64,000 nt of DNA from Obrimoposthia wandeli (taxonomy: Eukaryota). This document shows, piece after piece, positions 21,925 to 30,888 of this stretch. A program made the position numbers and the translations under genes. The stretch lies in contig CDROCS010000253.1 in NCBI GenBank assembly GCA_977020255.1, positions 3,038,001 to 3,102,000 of the forward strand, in the 5' to 3' direction. Each line of letters begins with the position of its first letter. Positions within the stretch are counted from its first letter, which is position 1. The notes beneath the pieces were generated by a model. It was not told the origin of the DNA. It made no database searches and saw only the letters and a list, made by a program, of their open reading frames with translations.

Positions 21925-23397
21925 ATGACAACCGAAATCAAAGTTCCGGTATTACCTGAATCAGTTGCTGATGCAACAGTAGCAACTTGGCATGTACAAG
22001 TTGGTGAAAAATTTACTCGTGATCAAGTACTTGTAGACATTGAAACGGACAAAGTTGTATTAGAAGTTCCAGCAACTTGCGACGGTGTTATGACCGATAT
22101 TAGCCAAGCTGATGGCGCTACTGTATTAGGCGACCAAGTAATTGGTACCTATTCAGAAGGCAGCGCAGCTGCTCCTGCACCTGTTGCAGCAGCAAGCGCT
22201 CCAGCAGCAAAGGCTGGTGTTAAAGTAATCGATATCGTAGTACCTGTTTTACCTGAATCAGTTGCCGATGCAACCGTTGCTACATGGCATGTAGCTGAAG
22301 GTGATACCGTATCAGTTGATCAAAGCTTAGTTGATATTGAAACAGATAAAGTAGTACTAGAAGTTGTTGCTCAAGACAATGGTGTAATTGGTAAAATTAT
22401 CCATGTTGAAGGCGATACCGTTTTAGGCGCTCAAAAAATTGGTGAACTTAATGCGGGCGCTACTGCAGGCTCTGCTGCAACAGCTGCACCGATTGAAGAT
22501 GCAGTAAGCTCAGATGATCTTGCTAGCCCTTCAGTACGTCGATTAATGACTGAAAAAGGCTTAACGGCAGCTAATGTAGTTGGTACAGGTAAAGGCGGTC
22601 GTATTTCAAAAGAAGATGTTGAAGCTGCTGCTAATAAACCTGCTGCTGCACCAAAAGCAGCTGCTCCTGTAGCAGCACCAGTACAAGACTTAGGCGAACG
22701 TACCCAGAAACGTGTTCCAATGACACGTTTACGTAAAACGATTGCAACACGTTTATTAGATGCGAAAAATTCTACGGCTATGCTAACTACGTTTAACGAA
22801 GTTAACATGAAGCCAATTATGGATTTACGTAAGCAATATAAAGACTTGTTCGAAAAAACGCATGATACACGTCTTGGTTTTATGTCTTTTTACGTGAAAG
22901 CGGTTACTGAAGCATTAAAACGTTTCCCTGGTGTTAATGCCTCTATTGACGGTGATGACATTGTTTATCATAACTTCTTTGATATCTCTATCGCTGTATC
23001 TACGCCACGTGGTTTAGTAACACCAGTATTACGCGATTCTGATCAATTAAGTATGGCTGGCATTGAAAATGGTATTCGTGAGTTAGCAATTAAAGGTCGT
23101 GACGGTAAATTGTCAATGGCTGATATGACTGGCGGTAACTTCACTATCACTAACGGTGGTGTGTTTGGTTCACTTTTATCAACACCTATTCTTAACTTAC
23201 CTCAAGCAGCGATTTTAGGTATGCATAAAATACAAGACCGCCCTATGGCAGTTGACGGTAAAGTAGAAATTTTACCTATGATGTATTTAGCATTATCTTA
23301 TGATCACCGCTTAATTGACGGTAAAGAATCTGTTGGTTTCTTAGTAACAATCAAAGAATTGTTAGAAGATCCAACACGTCTTCTTTTAGACGTATAA
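21925..23397 (+). CDS. sucB: 2-oxoglutarate dehydrogenase E2 with two lipoyl domains
   Basis: [13 protein letters not shown] and [11 protein letters not shown] each occur twice; [11 protein letters not shown] catalytic motif. Confidence 0.98.
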   Translation: MTTEIKVPVLPESVADATVATWHVQVGEKFTRDQVLVDIETDKVVLEVPATCDGVMTDISQADGATVLGDQVIGTYSEGSAAAPAPVAAASAPAAKAGVKVIDIVVPVLPESVADATVATWHVAEGDTVSVDQSLVDIETDKVVLEVVAQDNGVIGKIIHVEGDTVLGAQKIGELNAGATAGSAATAAPIEDAVSSDDLASPSVRRLMTEKGLTAANVVGTGKGGRISKEDVEAAANKPAAAPKAAAPVAAPVQDLGERTQKRVPMTRLRKTIATRLLDAKNSTAMLTTFNEVNMKPIMDLRKQYKDLFEKTHDTRLGFMSFYVKAVTEALKRFPGVNASIDGDDIVYHNFFDISIAVSTPRGLVTPVLRDSDQLSMAGIENGIRELAIKGRDGKLSMADMTGGNFTITNGGVFGSLLSTPILNLPQAAILGMHKIQDRPMAVDGKVEILPMMYLALSYDHRLIDGKESVGFLVTIKELLEDPTRLLLDV

Positions 23398-23585
23398 AGT
23401 ATATATTTACTCGTACAACATAATATAGTTACTAGACTATAGTATTAGCTCTTTTGGCTACCGTCACTAGAGCTTATGTACTATAATCGAGAAACTTTTC
23501 ACAGACTGCTATTTAGTTTTACCTTTTAAATATGAAAGGTAGAGATAAAAACAGTCTTCATTTACAGATAAATGGATAAAACACC

Positions 23586-24752
23586 ATGAATTTGCATGAA
23601 TACCAAGCGAAACAATTATTCGCTGAATACGGTTTACCAGTTTCTGAAGGTTTCGCTTGCGATACCCCTCAAGAAGCTGCCGAAGCGGCTGATAAAATTG
23701 GCGGCGATATGTGGGTTGTTAAAACTCAAGTACACGCAGGCGGACGTGGTAAGGCTGGCGGTGTTAAGCTAGTTAAATCAAAAGAAGAAATTAAAGAATT
23801 CGCTCAACACTGGTTAGGTAAGAACTTAGTTACTTATCAAACAGACGCAAATGGTCAGCCAGTTGCTAAAATTTTAGTTGAAAGCTGTACAGACATCGCT
23901 AACGAGTTATATCTTGGCGCTGTTGTTGATAGAGCTTCACAAAAAGTTGTTTTCATGGCATCTACCGAAGGTGGTGTTGACATTGAAAAGATCGCTGAAG
24001 AGACTCCTGAATTAATTCACCAAGCTGAGATTGATCCACTAGTTGGCGCTCAACCTTACCAAGCACGTGAATTAGGTTTTAAACTAGGTTTAAACCCTAC
24101 TCAAATGAAGCAGTTTGTTAAGATCTTTATGGGTCTTGCTAAAATGTTTGAAGATTGTGATTTCGCCTTATTAGAAATCAACCCGTTAGTTATTACTGAC
24201 GAAGGCAACCTTCATTGTTTAGATGGTAAAATTGGTATCGATGGTAATGCTATCTACCGTCAACCTAAAATGCGTGCTTTCCATGATCCATCTCAAGAAG
24301 ATGAACGTGAAGCACATGCAGCACAATGGGAGCTTAACTATGTAGCTCTTGATGGAACTGTTGGTTGTATGGTTAACGGTGCAGGCCTAGCAATGGGTAC
24401 TATGGATATCGTTAATTTACACGGCGGCAAGCCTGCTAACTTCCTTGATGTTGGCGGCGGCGCAAACAAAGAACGTGTTTCTGAAGCATTCAAAATCATC
24501 CTTTCTGACGAGAACGTTAAAGCTGTTTTAGTTAACATCTTTGGTGGCATCGTTCGTTGTGATATGATTGCTGAAGGTATTATTGGCGCAGTTAAAGAAG
24601 TAGGCGTTAAAGTACCTGTTGTTGTACGTTTAGAAGGTACTAATGCTGAATTAGGTCGTGAAGTTCTTAAGAACTCTGGCTTAGACATCATTGCTGCTGA
24701 ATCACTAACTGATGCAGCAACTAAAGTTGTAGCAGCTGCGGAGGGCAAATAA
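23586..24752 (+). CDS. sucC: Succinyl-CoA synthetase beta subunit
   Basis: [30 protein letters not shown]. Confidence 0.99.
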   Translation: MNLHEYQAKQLFAEYGLPVSEGFACDTPQEAAEAADKIGGDMWVVKTQVHAGGRGKAGGVKLVKSKEEIKEFAQHWLGKNLVTYQTDANGQPVAKILVESCTDIANELYLGAVVDRASQKVVFMASTEGGVDIEKIAEETPELIHQAEIDPLVGAQPYQARELGFKLGLNPTQMKQFVKIFMGLAKMFEDCDFALLEINPLVITDEGNLHCLDGKIGIDGNAIYRQPKMRAFHDPSQEDEREAHAAQWELNYVALDGTVGCMVNGAGLAMGTMDIVNLHGGKPANFLDVGGGANKERVSEAFKIILSDENVKAVLVNIFGGIVRCDMIAEGIIGAVKEVGVKVPVVVRLEGTNAELGREVLKNSGLDIIAAESLTDAATKVVAAAEGK

Positions 24753-25624
24753 TGTCTGTATTAATTAATAAAGATACTAAAGTTATCTGTCAAGGTTTCA
24801 CTGGTGGTCAAGGTACTTTCCATTCAGAACAAGCTATTGATTACGGTACACAAATGGTTGGTGGCGTAAGCCCAGGTAAAGGCGGTCAAACGCATTTAGG
24901 CCTTCCAGTATTCAACACAGTACGTGAAGCAGTAGAAGCAACTGGCGCAACAGCAACAGTTATCTACGTTCCAGCTCCGTTCTGTAAAGATGCTATTTTA
25001 GAAGCTATTGATGCTGGCATCGAGCTTATCGTTACTATTACTGAAGGTATTCCAACTTTAGATATGGTTGACGTTAAAGCTAAGCTTAACCAATCTGGCG
25101 TTCGTATGATCGGTCCTAACTGTCCAGGTGTTATTACTCCTGGCGAAACTAAGATTGGTATCATGCCTGGTCACATCCATTTACCAGGTAAAGTTGGTAT
25201 TGTTTCACGTTCTGGTACGCTTACGTACGAAGCCGTTAAACAAACGACTGATGCTGGTTTTGGCCAATCTACTTGTGTAGGTATTGGTGGCGACCCTATC
25301 CCAGGTACTAACTTCATCGACGTATTGGAAATGTTCCAAAACGATCCACAAACTGAAGCAATCGTAATGATTGGTGAAATTGGCGGAACTGCTGAAGAAG
25401 AAGCTGCGGAATATATCAAAGCACACGTTACTAAACCTGTAGTATCTTACATTGCTGGTGTTACTGCACCAGAAGGTAAGCGTATGGGTCACGCTGGCGC
25501 GATTATCGCTGGTGGTAAAGGTACTGCTGAAGAGAAATTTAAAGCATTAGAAGCGGCCGGTGTTAAAACTGTTCGTTCACTTGCTGAAATCGGTTCTGCA
25601 CTTAAAGAGAAAACAGGTTGGTAA
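24752..25624 (+). CDS. sucD: Succinyl-CoA synthetase alpha subunit
   Basis: [22 protein letters not shown]. Confidence 0.99.
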   Translation: MSVLINKDTKVICQGFTGGQGTFHSEQAIDYGTQMVGGVSPGKGGQTHLGLPVFNTVREAVEATGATATVIYVPAPFCKDAILEAIDAGIELIVTITEGIPTLDMVDVKAKLNQSGVRMIGPNCPGVITPGETKIGIMPGHIHLPGKVGIVSRSGTLTYEAVKQTTDAGFGQSTCVGIGGDPIPGTNFIDVLEMFQNDPQTEAIVMIGEIGGTAEEEAAEYIKAHVTKPVVSYIAGVTAPEGKRMGHAGAIIAGGKGTAEEKFKALEAAGVKTVRSLAEIGSALKEKTGW

Positions 25625-25656
25625 TCAGCTTTTGATTGCAAACTGTTATTCTTAAT

Positions 25657-25696
25657 AAAAACCCGTATTCTCTAATAGAGAGTGCGGTTTTTTTGT
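25657..25696 (+). terminator. Terminator after sucD
   Basis: CCGTATTCTCT-AAT-AGAGAGTGCGG stem (with G-U pairs) followed by a T run. Confidence 0.7.
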
Positions 25697-25697
25697 T

Positions 25698-26660
25698 TTA
25701 AGCATAAACTAATTCGCCTAGGTGATTATGTCTAATTTGTTTTGTAGTCAGATGAGATAGCGCAGGGTTTTCTAATAATTTGTAAATTTCTTCTTTTAGA
25801 GCTTCCTCAGTGTTATAACCGAAAATAACATGTTTAAAAGCTTCGAAGGGTATTTTTTTTAAACATATGCTTGGATAAAGTTCGTGATTCTCATGATTAA
25901 CATCTGAGTTACTAGCTTCACTTAATTCCATAATTATTCGTTTTTCTTGTTCTTGAGACCATGATTCTTTTTTTGATAAACTTAACTTGTTAAATAAAAC
26001 CATAGACTCAGTAGAATCCAACTTATTGATGTTTAGGTTTTTCCGTTTAATACCATTGACAAGCTCTATACCGTCGTAGTATGTATAAGTAGCTCTATGC
26101 TTTTTTGAATATGATACATCTTGTGGTTGGTAATGTTTAAAGAAATCATGCTCTTCATCAAATTCAATTACAATCCCTGTTCCTTCACTGGCATACATTA
26201 CCCACATATGCTCATTTAAAGCATTTGTTGATAATGAAAATACACCTAAATAATTACTTATAGATTCTACAATACCTTTATTGAATTTATTTGTGTTTTC
26301 AATCCAAGTTGTTTCATCAAATTCAGCTAAAGGTGAACCTTTGAGCCCTTTGAAAATTGCAGGATCATATCTAGTGTTCTTAGGCTGTATTCCTAATATA
26401 TTGAATTTTAAAAAATCATCGCTGGGCGTTTTAGGGTTTAGTTGCCAGTTTCGTCTTCTGTCTTCTCTAATTGCATATTCACGGTCCGCTGGCGATATTT
26501 CATTGAAATAGGGATATAGTCTAAATTCACTACCATTATCATTTAGTTTGTTCGGTTGGGTAAATCTGAATAATCCATTTTCCAAAAATTTAGTTCGTAC
26601 AGAATACGAACACTCAGTTTTAGTTTGTTCAAATACTTTTCCAAAATATTTTACTAGCAT
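25698..26660 (-). CDS. DUF2971-like hypothetical protein, AT-rich accessory gene
   Basis: GVFSLS...HMWVMYA...GIVIEFD and KKESWSQEQEKRII resemble the DUF2971 WxxYA..GxxIxFD and KxxxWxYExExR pattern. Confidence 0.7.
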   Translation of the reverse strand: MLVKYFGKVFEQTKTECSYSVRTKFLENGLFRFTQPNKLNDNGSEFRLYPYFNEISPADREYAIREDRRRNWQLNPKTPSDDFLKFNILGIQPKNTRYDPAIFKGLKGSPLAEFDETTWIENTNKFNKGIVESISNYLGVFSLSTNALNEHMWVMYASEGTGIVIEFDEEHDFFKHYQPQDVSYSKKHRATYTYYDGIELVNGIKRKNLNINKLDSTESMVLFNKLSLSKKESWSQEQEKRIIMELSEASNSDVNHENHELYPSICLKKIPFEAFKHVIFGYNTEEALKEEIYKLLENPALSHLTTKQIRHNHLGELVYA

Positions 26661-26755
26661 TTCTAAATTCCTGATTAATTATTGGTGTTATACAGTAAAC
26701 CTAAACTTTAGATCTATTCAAAGAATAAGTTCTAGGTTTTAATTCTAACATTATT

Positions 26756-26956
26756 GTCGCGGTGGCGACGACACCCAAAGGGATACTGCCTCCGGCATCC
26801 CTCTGGACTCCCTCGGAGCTGCGACCCAAACGTGATCTTACATTCATAAAAGTGTTTTCGACGTAACAGCGCTGATGGCACATCCATGTGCCGACATCGC
26901 TTTGTTCATCATCCTTGATGAATATACGTGAACACTTTTATTCATTTCAGCGTTTG
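26756..26956 (-). repeat. GC-rich structured repeat, left copy
   Basis: GTCGC-GGTG-GCGAC end hairpin; long stem ATAAAAGTGTT/AACACTTTTAT enclosing GGCACAT-CC-ATGTGCC and TTCATCA-TCCT-TGATGAA. Confidence 0.7.
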
Positions 26957-27080
26957 TTAACGCAGACTTAGAGTGTGTTGATAGGGTAGGGGTCACAATG
27001 TTGGTTTTGTGTTTTTTGTATGTTCAAAAGCTTATATGTTTCGTTTTTAACCTAACTTCACCAAATACTCCAATTCCCAT

Positions 27081-27285
27081 CTCAGCAACGAAAAGTGAAT
27101 TTAGATAAGCACAAAGTCTATTGGAGCCATGGATGGCGTAGACTGCCGCGTGAAGGGATGATTTTCGGCAGGAATAGGCTTTGTGTCTAAATTCACTTGT
27201 AGTGTTCTGCTGAGTAGGGCGCCGCAGGGGTTCCAAGGGGAGGCGCGGCGGTACGTCGCCCCTTGGGTGCTGTCGCCACCGCGAC
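27081..27285 (+). repeat. GC-rich structured repeat, right copy, inverted relative to the left
   Basis: CTCAGCA/TGCTGAG and GTGAATTTAGA/TCTAAATTCAC stems enclosing GCCAT-GG-ATGGC and CTGCCG/CGGCAG; ends CCCTTGGGTGCTGTCGCCACCGCGAC, near reverse complement of 26756-26782. Confidence 0.7.
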
Positions 27286-27387
27286 GCCAAACAGGAAAAT
27301 AAACTCCAAACAAGGTTGGTATTAAACATTCAACCTCATCTAACATTATGTTAACTTGACCTAAAAATAAGGTTAATTATCTATTCT

Positions 27388-28275
27388 ATGCTGTTCACAC
27401 AAGATCTTTTCCCATCTGTAACCCCTTGGTTATTCTTAGTTGTTACCTTAATTGCTGCTTTTGTAAAGCCTAAACTATGGCCATTTACTTTAGTCTGTAC
27501 CTTAATTATCGGGCTGTTTTATAACGCGATAGACATAGTTGGTCTTGGCGTTGTCATGCTCTTATTCGCCATGTCTTATTATGCGAATAAGACCTCAAGC
27601 AATCCATCAAATAAGCTATGGAATCAGAGGATTAACACGGGCATTACGGGTTTAGTTATCATTAGCTGTATTGCCTTAGCTGCGCACTTATTGCCAGGAT
27701 TTAATAATTTACAGGTGTTAAGCAATGTGGAAAAAAGCATTAACAGTATGCCATTCACACTGTACCTAAACTTTGATAAACCGATGATTCTATTTGTTCT
27801 TTTGATGCTGTCTCCAGCACTCTTAATAAGTCAAAAACCGATCACTCTCTTTAAAGCGCACAATAGCTTGCGGTTAAGTGTCTTAGTAGTGCTAGTTTTT
27901 ATTCTACTATTTAGCCTAGCCATTTTATTATCATTAATTAAATATGATCCTCAATTGCCAAGCTGGTGGTGGTTGTTCGCGTTAAATAATTTGTTATTAA
28001 CGTGCATTATTGAAGAAGTGTTTTTTAGAGGATTTATTCAGCAAAAACTAACAAGGCTAATAAACCCTTTAACGGGACTAATACTGACAAGCTTATTATT
28101 TGGTATTGCGCATTTTTCAGGTGGCTTTAATTTTGTGCTCGTTGCTACCTTAGCTGGTTTTTTGTATGGCTTGGTTTATCTAAATACAGGTAAAATTTGG
28201 TATGCGATTTTACTGCATTTTTGTTTTAATATGATTCACTTAGCTTTATTTACTTATCCTTTACTCAAGGTTTAG
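27388..28275 (+). CDS. CPBP (Abi/CAAX) family intramembrane glutamic protease
   Basis: Multi-TM; EEVFFRG, SLLFGIAH, ILLHFCFN motifs. Confidence 0.9.
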   Translation: MLFTQDLFPSVTPWLFLVVTLIAAFVKPKLWPFTLVCTLIIGLFYNAIDIVGLGVVMLLFAMSYYANKTSSNPSNKLWNQRINTGITGLVIISCIALAAHLLPGFNNLQVLSNVEKSINSMPFTLYLNFDKPMILFVLLMLSPALLISQKPITLFKAHNSLRLSVLVVLVFILLFSLAILLSLIKYDPQLPSWWWLFALNNLLLTCIIEEVFFRGFIQQKLTRLINPLTGLILTSLLFGIAHFSGGFNFVLVATLAGFLYGLVYLNTGKIWYAILLHFCFNMIHLALFTYPLLKV

Positions 28276-28472
28276 TTAAGGTTTAGCTACTTCTTGTCTT
28301 TCTACCTTTTTTCAATAACCTTTTCTCTCATTTCAACATTTGATCCAAACAGACTTAGCGTTTGTAAATAGGTCAGGAGCAATCTAACGAATACAAAGCT
28401 AACCGTACTTTTGTTGTTCATGGGGATTTTGGCCAAACCAAAAATATAATGTGAAATTTCATGCTTTAATTA

Positions 28473-28486
28473 TTGATCCAAGTCAA
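28473..28486. promoter_or_regulatory. Candidate FNR/CRP-family box
   Basis: TTGAT-CCAA-GTCAA, one mismatch to TTGAT-N4-ATCAA, upstream of a possible -10 TATCAT at 28508. Confidence 0.45.
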
Positions 28487-28566
28487 TTTTGTTTAATGTA
28501 ATCGGCCTATCATATTTGTAGTGCATAAGAGTTTTCGAACAAATTTTTATAACTGATAGGAGAGTA

Positions 28567-29172
28567 ATGATGAACAAATTATTCAAGAGTATTGCCTTAG
28601 TTCTGGTTTCTTTTTTGAGTGTTACATCTATGGCAGCGGTCTCAGGCGAATTGCCAACGCGAGGTCCTATTCCTTTTGCTAACTATGATCAAGATGGAAA
28701 CGGCTTTATCAGTGAGCAAGAGTTTACTCAGGTGAGAAGTGAGCGTATGACAATGAAAGGAGCTGGTAATACGCCTTCATTTGAAGCTTTTGATAAGGAT
28801 CACGATAGGCAGTTAACCCAAGAAGAGCTTATAGCGGGTCAGCAGATACAAATGAAAAATCGCTCTGGAACTCAAGGCCAATCGTCAAAAATGGGACAGG
28901 GGCGTGGCAAGGGATCAGGTATGGGGAAGAATAGTAATATGCCCCATTTTTCTGAATTCGATATAAATGGTGATGGCATTATTTTAGAGCAAGAATTTTA
29001 TAACGCCAGAGCAGCAAGAATAACAAAGCGTGCTGAGCAGGGTTATCCTATGCGAAACATTGCTAATGCCCCAAACTTCGCCGATATCGACACTAATGGT
29101 GATGCACAAGTATCTTCAAAAGAGTTTGCTGAACATCAAGTTAAGCACAGACAACAAATGATGCAAAAGTAA
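28567..29172 (+). CDS. Secreted EF-hand domain protein
   Basis: Signal peptide; four loops DQDGNGFIS, DKDHDRQLT, DINGDGIIL, DTNGDAQVS in two duplicated halves. Confidence 0.85.
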   Translation: MMNKLFKSIALVLVSFLSVTSMAAVSGELPTRGPIPFANYDQDGNGFISEQEFTQVRSERMTMKGAGNTPSFEAFDKDHDRQLTQEELIAGQQIQMKNRSGTQGQSSKMGQGRGKGSGMGKNSNMPHFSEFDINGDGIILEQEFYNARAARITKRAEQGYPMRNIANAPNFADIDTNGDAQVSSKEFAEHQVKHRQQMMQK

Positions 29173-29179
29173 CAATCTG

Positions 29180-29211
29180 ATTCAAGGGGATAAACATCCC
29201 CTTGAATTTTT
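29180..29211 (+). terminator. Intrinsic terminator
   Basis: ATTCAAGGGGAT-AAAC-ATCCCCTTGAAT then T run. Confidence 0.85.
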
Positions 29212-29444
29212 GTATTTAAATTTTTGTTTTTGTATTCATGGTATTCACAATATTTTATGGTTATTTCAATTTATCTTTAATTAATCTCATTGTGAATGAA
29301 CGCCAATGTCTCGCATCACTATGTGCATCACCCATGAAGAACATACGTTAATAGCTTTCGTTCGCCTTTCTGCTGTCGTCACGGCGATTCCAATCAAATA
29401 ACTAAACGTTAATCGCTAGAAATTAATAGCTATAAAAGCTAGCT

Positions 29445-29612
29445 TCAAGGTTTGCTCATTGAGGTGTTAGCTTCTTCCGTTATTGGTTTTTTATTTTGTA
29501 GTTTCACCAATGACTGATAACCTTTAGCGGTAACATTATGACCCGCTACATAGCAGTTATAGCCAATGGTACAGAAGATACAAGGTAATAGTTTGAACGC
29601 TTTCTTTTCCAT
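29445..29612 (-). CDS. Possible small protein (doubtful)
   Basis: 55-codon ORF from ATG at 29612 with GGATAA upstream; no motif. Confidence 0.2.
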   Translation of the reverse strand: MEKKAFKLLPCIFCTIGYNCYVAGHNVTAKGYQSLVKLQNKKPITEEANTSMSKP

Positions 29613-29773
29613 AATAATTATCCATTTTACAATAACCTTATTTATTAGACCGTACTTTCCCAATTAATATTTCCGTGGGGTAACTTAGATATAATAGTTA
29701 TAGAGAAAATATGAGAAATAAAAATGAATAATGCTATATTAATTTAAGAAGATGTAGAGGTTTTGGAGAATAA

Positions 29774-30598
29774 ATGAAATTACTGTTATACCTTTGTTTT
29801 TTGCTTCTCGGCAGTTACAGCAATGCATCCTTCGCTTTATCAGTAGATCATGCGGCACAGGAACGTGTTCAAACCGAAGATACATCAGCCATCGAATCAG
29901 CAACAAAATCTAAAGGTAACTTACTGGGGGGGTCTTTAGCTGATCACTATAACTTTGCTTCTATTGAATTATTGATAGAGCAAGAGGTAGGCCGTATTGT
30001 CCTCACGCAAGTCTACAAAAATATTGGCATTAATATTACTATCAGTCCTTTGCCCGGAAAACGTGCGCAATATGTTGCTAATTCAGGTATGAAAGATGGT
30101 GAGATCATGCGTATTTGGACTTATGGTGATGAAAATCCCAATACAATTAGAGTACCTACGCCTTATTATTACCTCGAAACGATGCCATTCGTTTTGAAAA
30201 ATTCTAATATTTTTATTCTAAAAAAGGAAGACTTAGCTAAATACCGTTTAACTAAAATTCGTGGTGTTAAACATACCAATAATATTACCCAAGGCCTTAC
30301 TAGTATTTATGAAATGAGCTCAACAGAGAAAATGTTTAAACTCTTGCTCAGTGGAAAGGTTGATGTGGTGTTAACGAATACTATCGATGGAAATCTTGCG
30401 TTGGCAAAACTTGGTGTGAATAATGTTATAGCCATGGAAAAGCCACTAGTGCGGTTATCCCTGTATCATTATATACATAAAAAGAACAAAAACTTGGTTC
30501 TTCTTGTCGATAAAGAAATTCAACGGATGAAGCGTGATGGTGAATTAGCTTATCTCATTTTATTGGCGGAAAAACGTGTAATTAAATTAAATCAGTAA
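29774..30598 (+). CDS. Periplasmic substrate-binding protein, family 3-like (orphan)
   Basis: Signal peptide; PLPGKRA, DGEIMRI, LLSGKVDVV, LYHYIHKKN pattern of PBP type II proteins. Confidence 0.75.
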   Translation: MKLLLYLCFLLLGSYSNASFALSVDHAAQERVQTEDTSAIESATKSKGNLLGGSLADHYNFASIELLIEQEVGRIVLTQVYKNIGINITISPLPGKRAQYVANSGMKDGEIMRIWTYGDENPNTIRVPTPYYYLETMPFVLKNSNIFILKKEDLAKYRLTKIRGVKHTNNITQGLTSIYEMSSTEKMFKLLLSGKVDVVLTNTIDGNLALAKLGVNNVIAMEKPLVRLSLYHYIHKKNKNLVLLVDKEIQRMKRDGELAYLILLAEKRVIKLNQ

Positions 30599-30888
30599 AT
30601 TATTTATCTAATATATTTTTCATTATCATAATACGGCTTCCATAGCTTAATGTTTTGAATAATTTCTCTTTAAGAATATTAATACAGCATACTCTTTGCT
30701 ATAACCATATGATAGATATTCATCAAAATATCATCGAGTTATGAAGTGTGATCCTTGTGTTAACAACTTGTTAAAGTTAGACTTGCTTCCCGTTTAGGTA
30801 TCAGTATTAATTGGTACTACCATGTAAAGGAGTACGTGATAGTTTTATATACTTACCTTCCTTTGCTTTATATTAAAAGGAAGTAAAA

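Noticed and set aside
695-25492. Many short overlapping or antisense ORFs inside infB, pnp, sdh, suc
   Set aside because: Shadow frames of highly biased housekeeping genes
26701-27346. Short ORFs at 26701-26883, 27024-27329, 27101-27346
   Set aside because: They overlap the palindromic repeats and lack protein-like features
29296-29337. His-rich mini-ORF MNANVSHHYVHHP as a his-type leader peptide
   Set aside because: No ribosome-binding site, no attenuator terminator, and no histidine gene downstream; the adjacent GC-richer stretch matched no riboswitch I recognise
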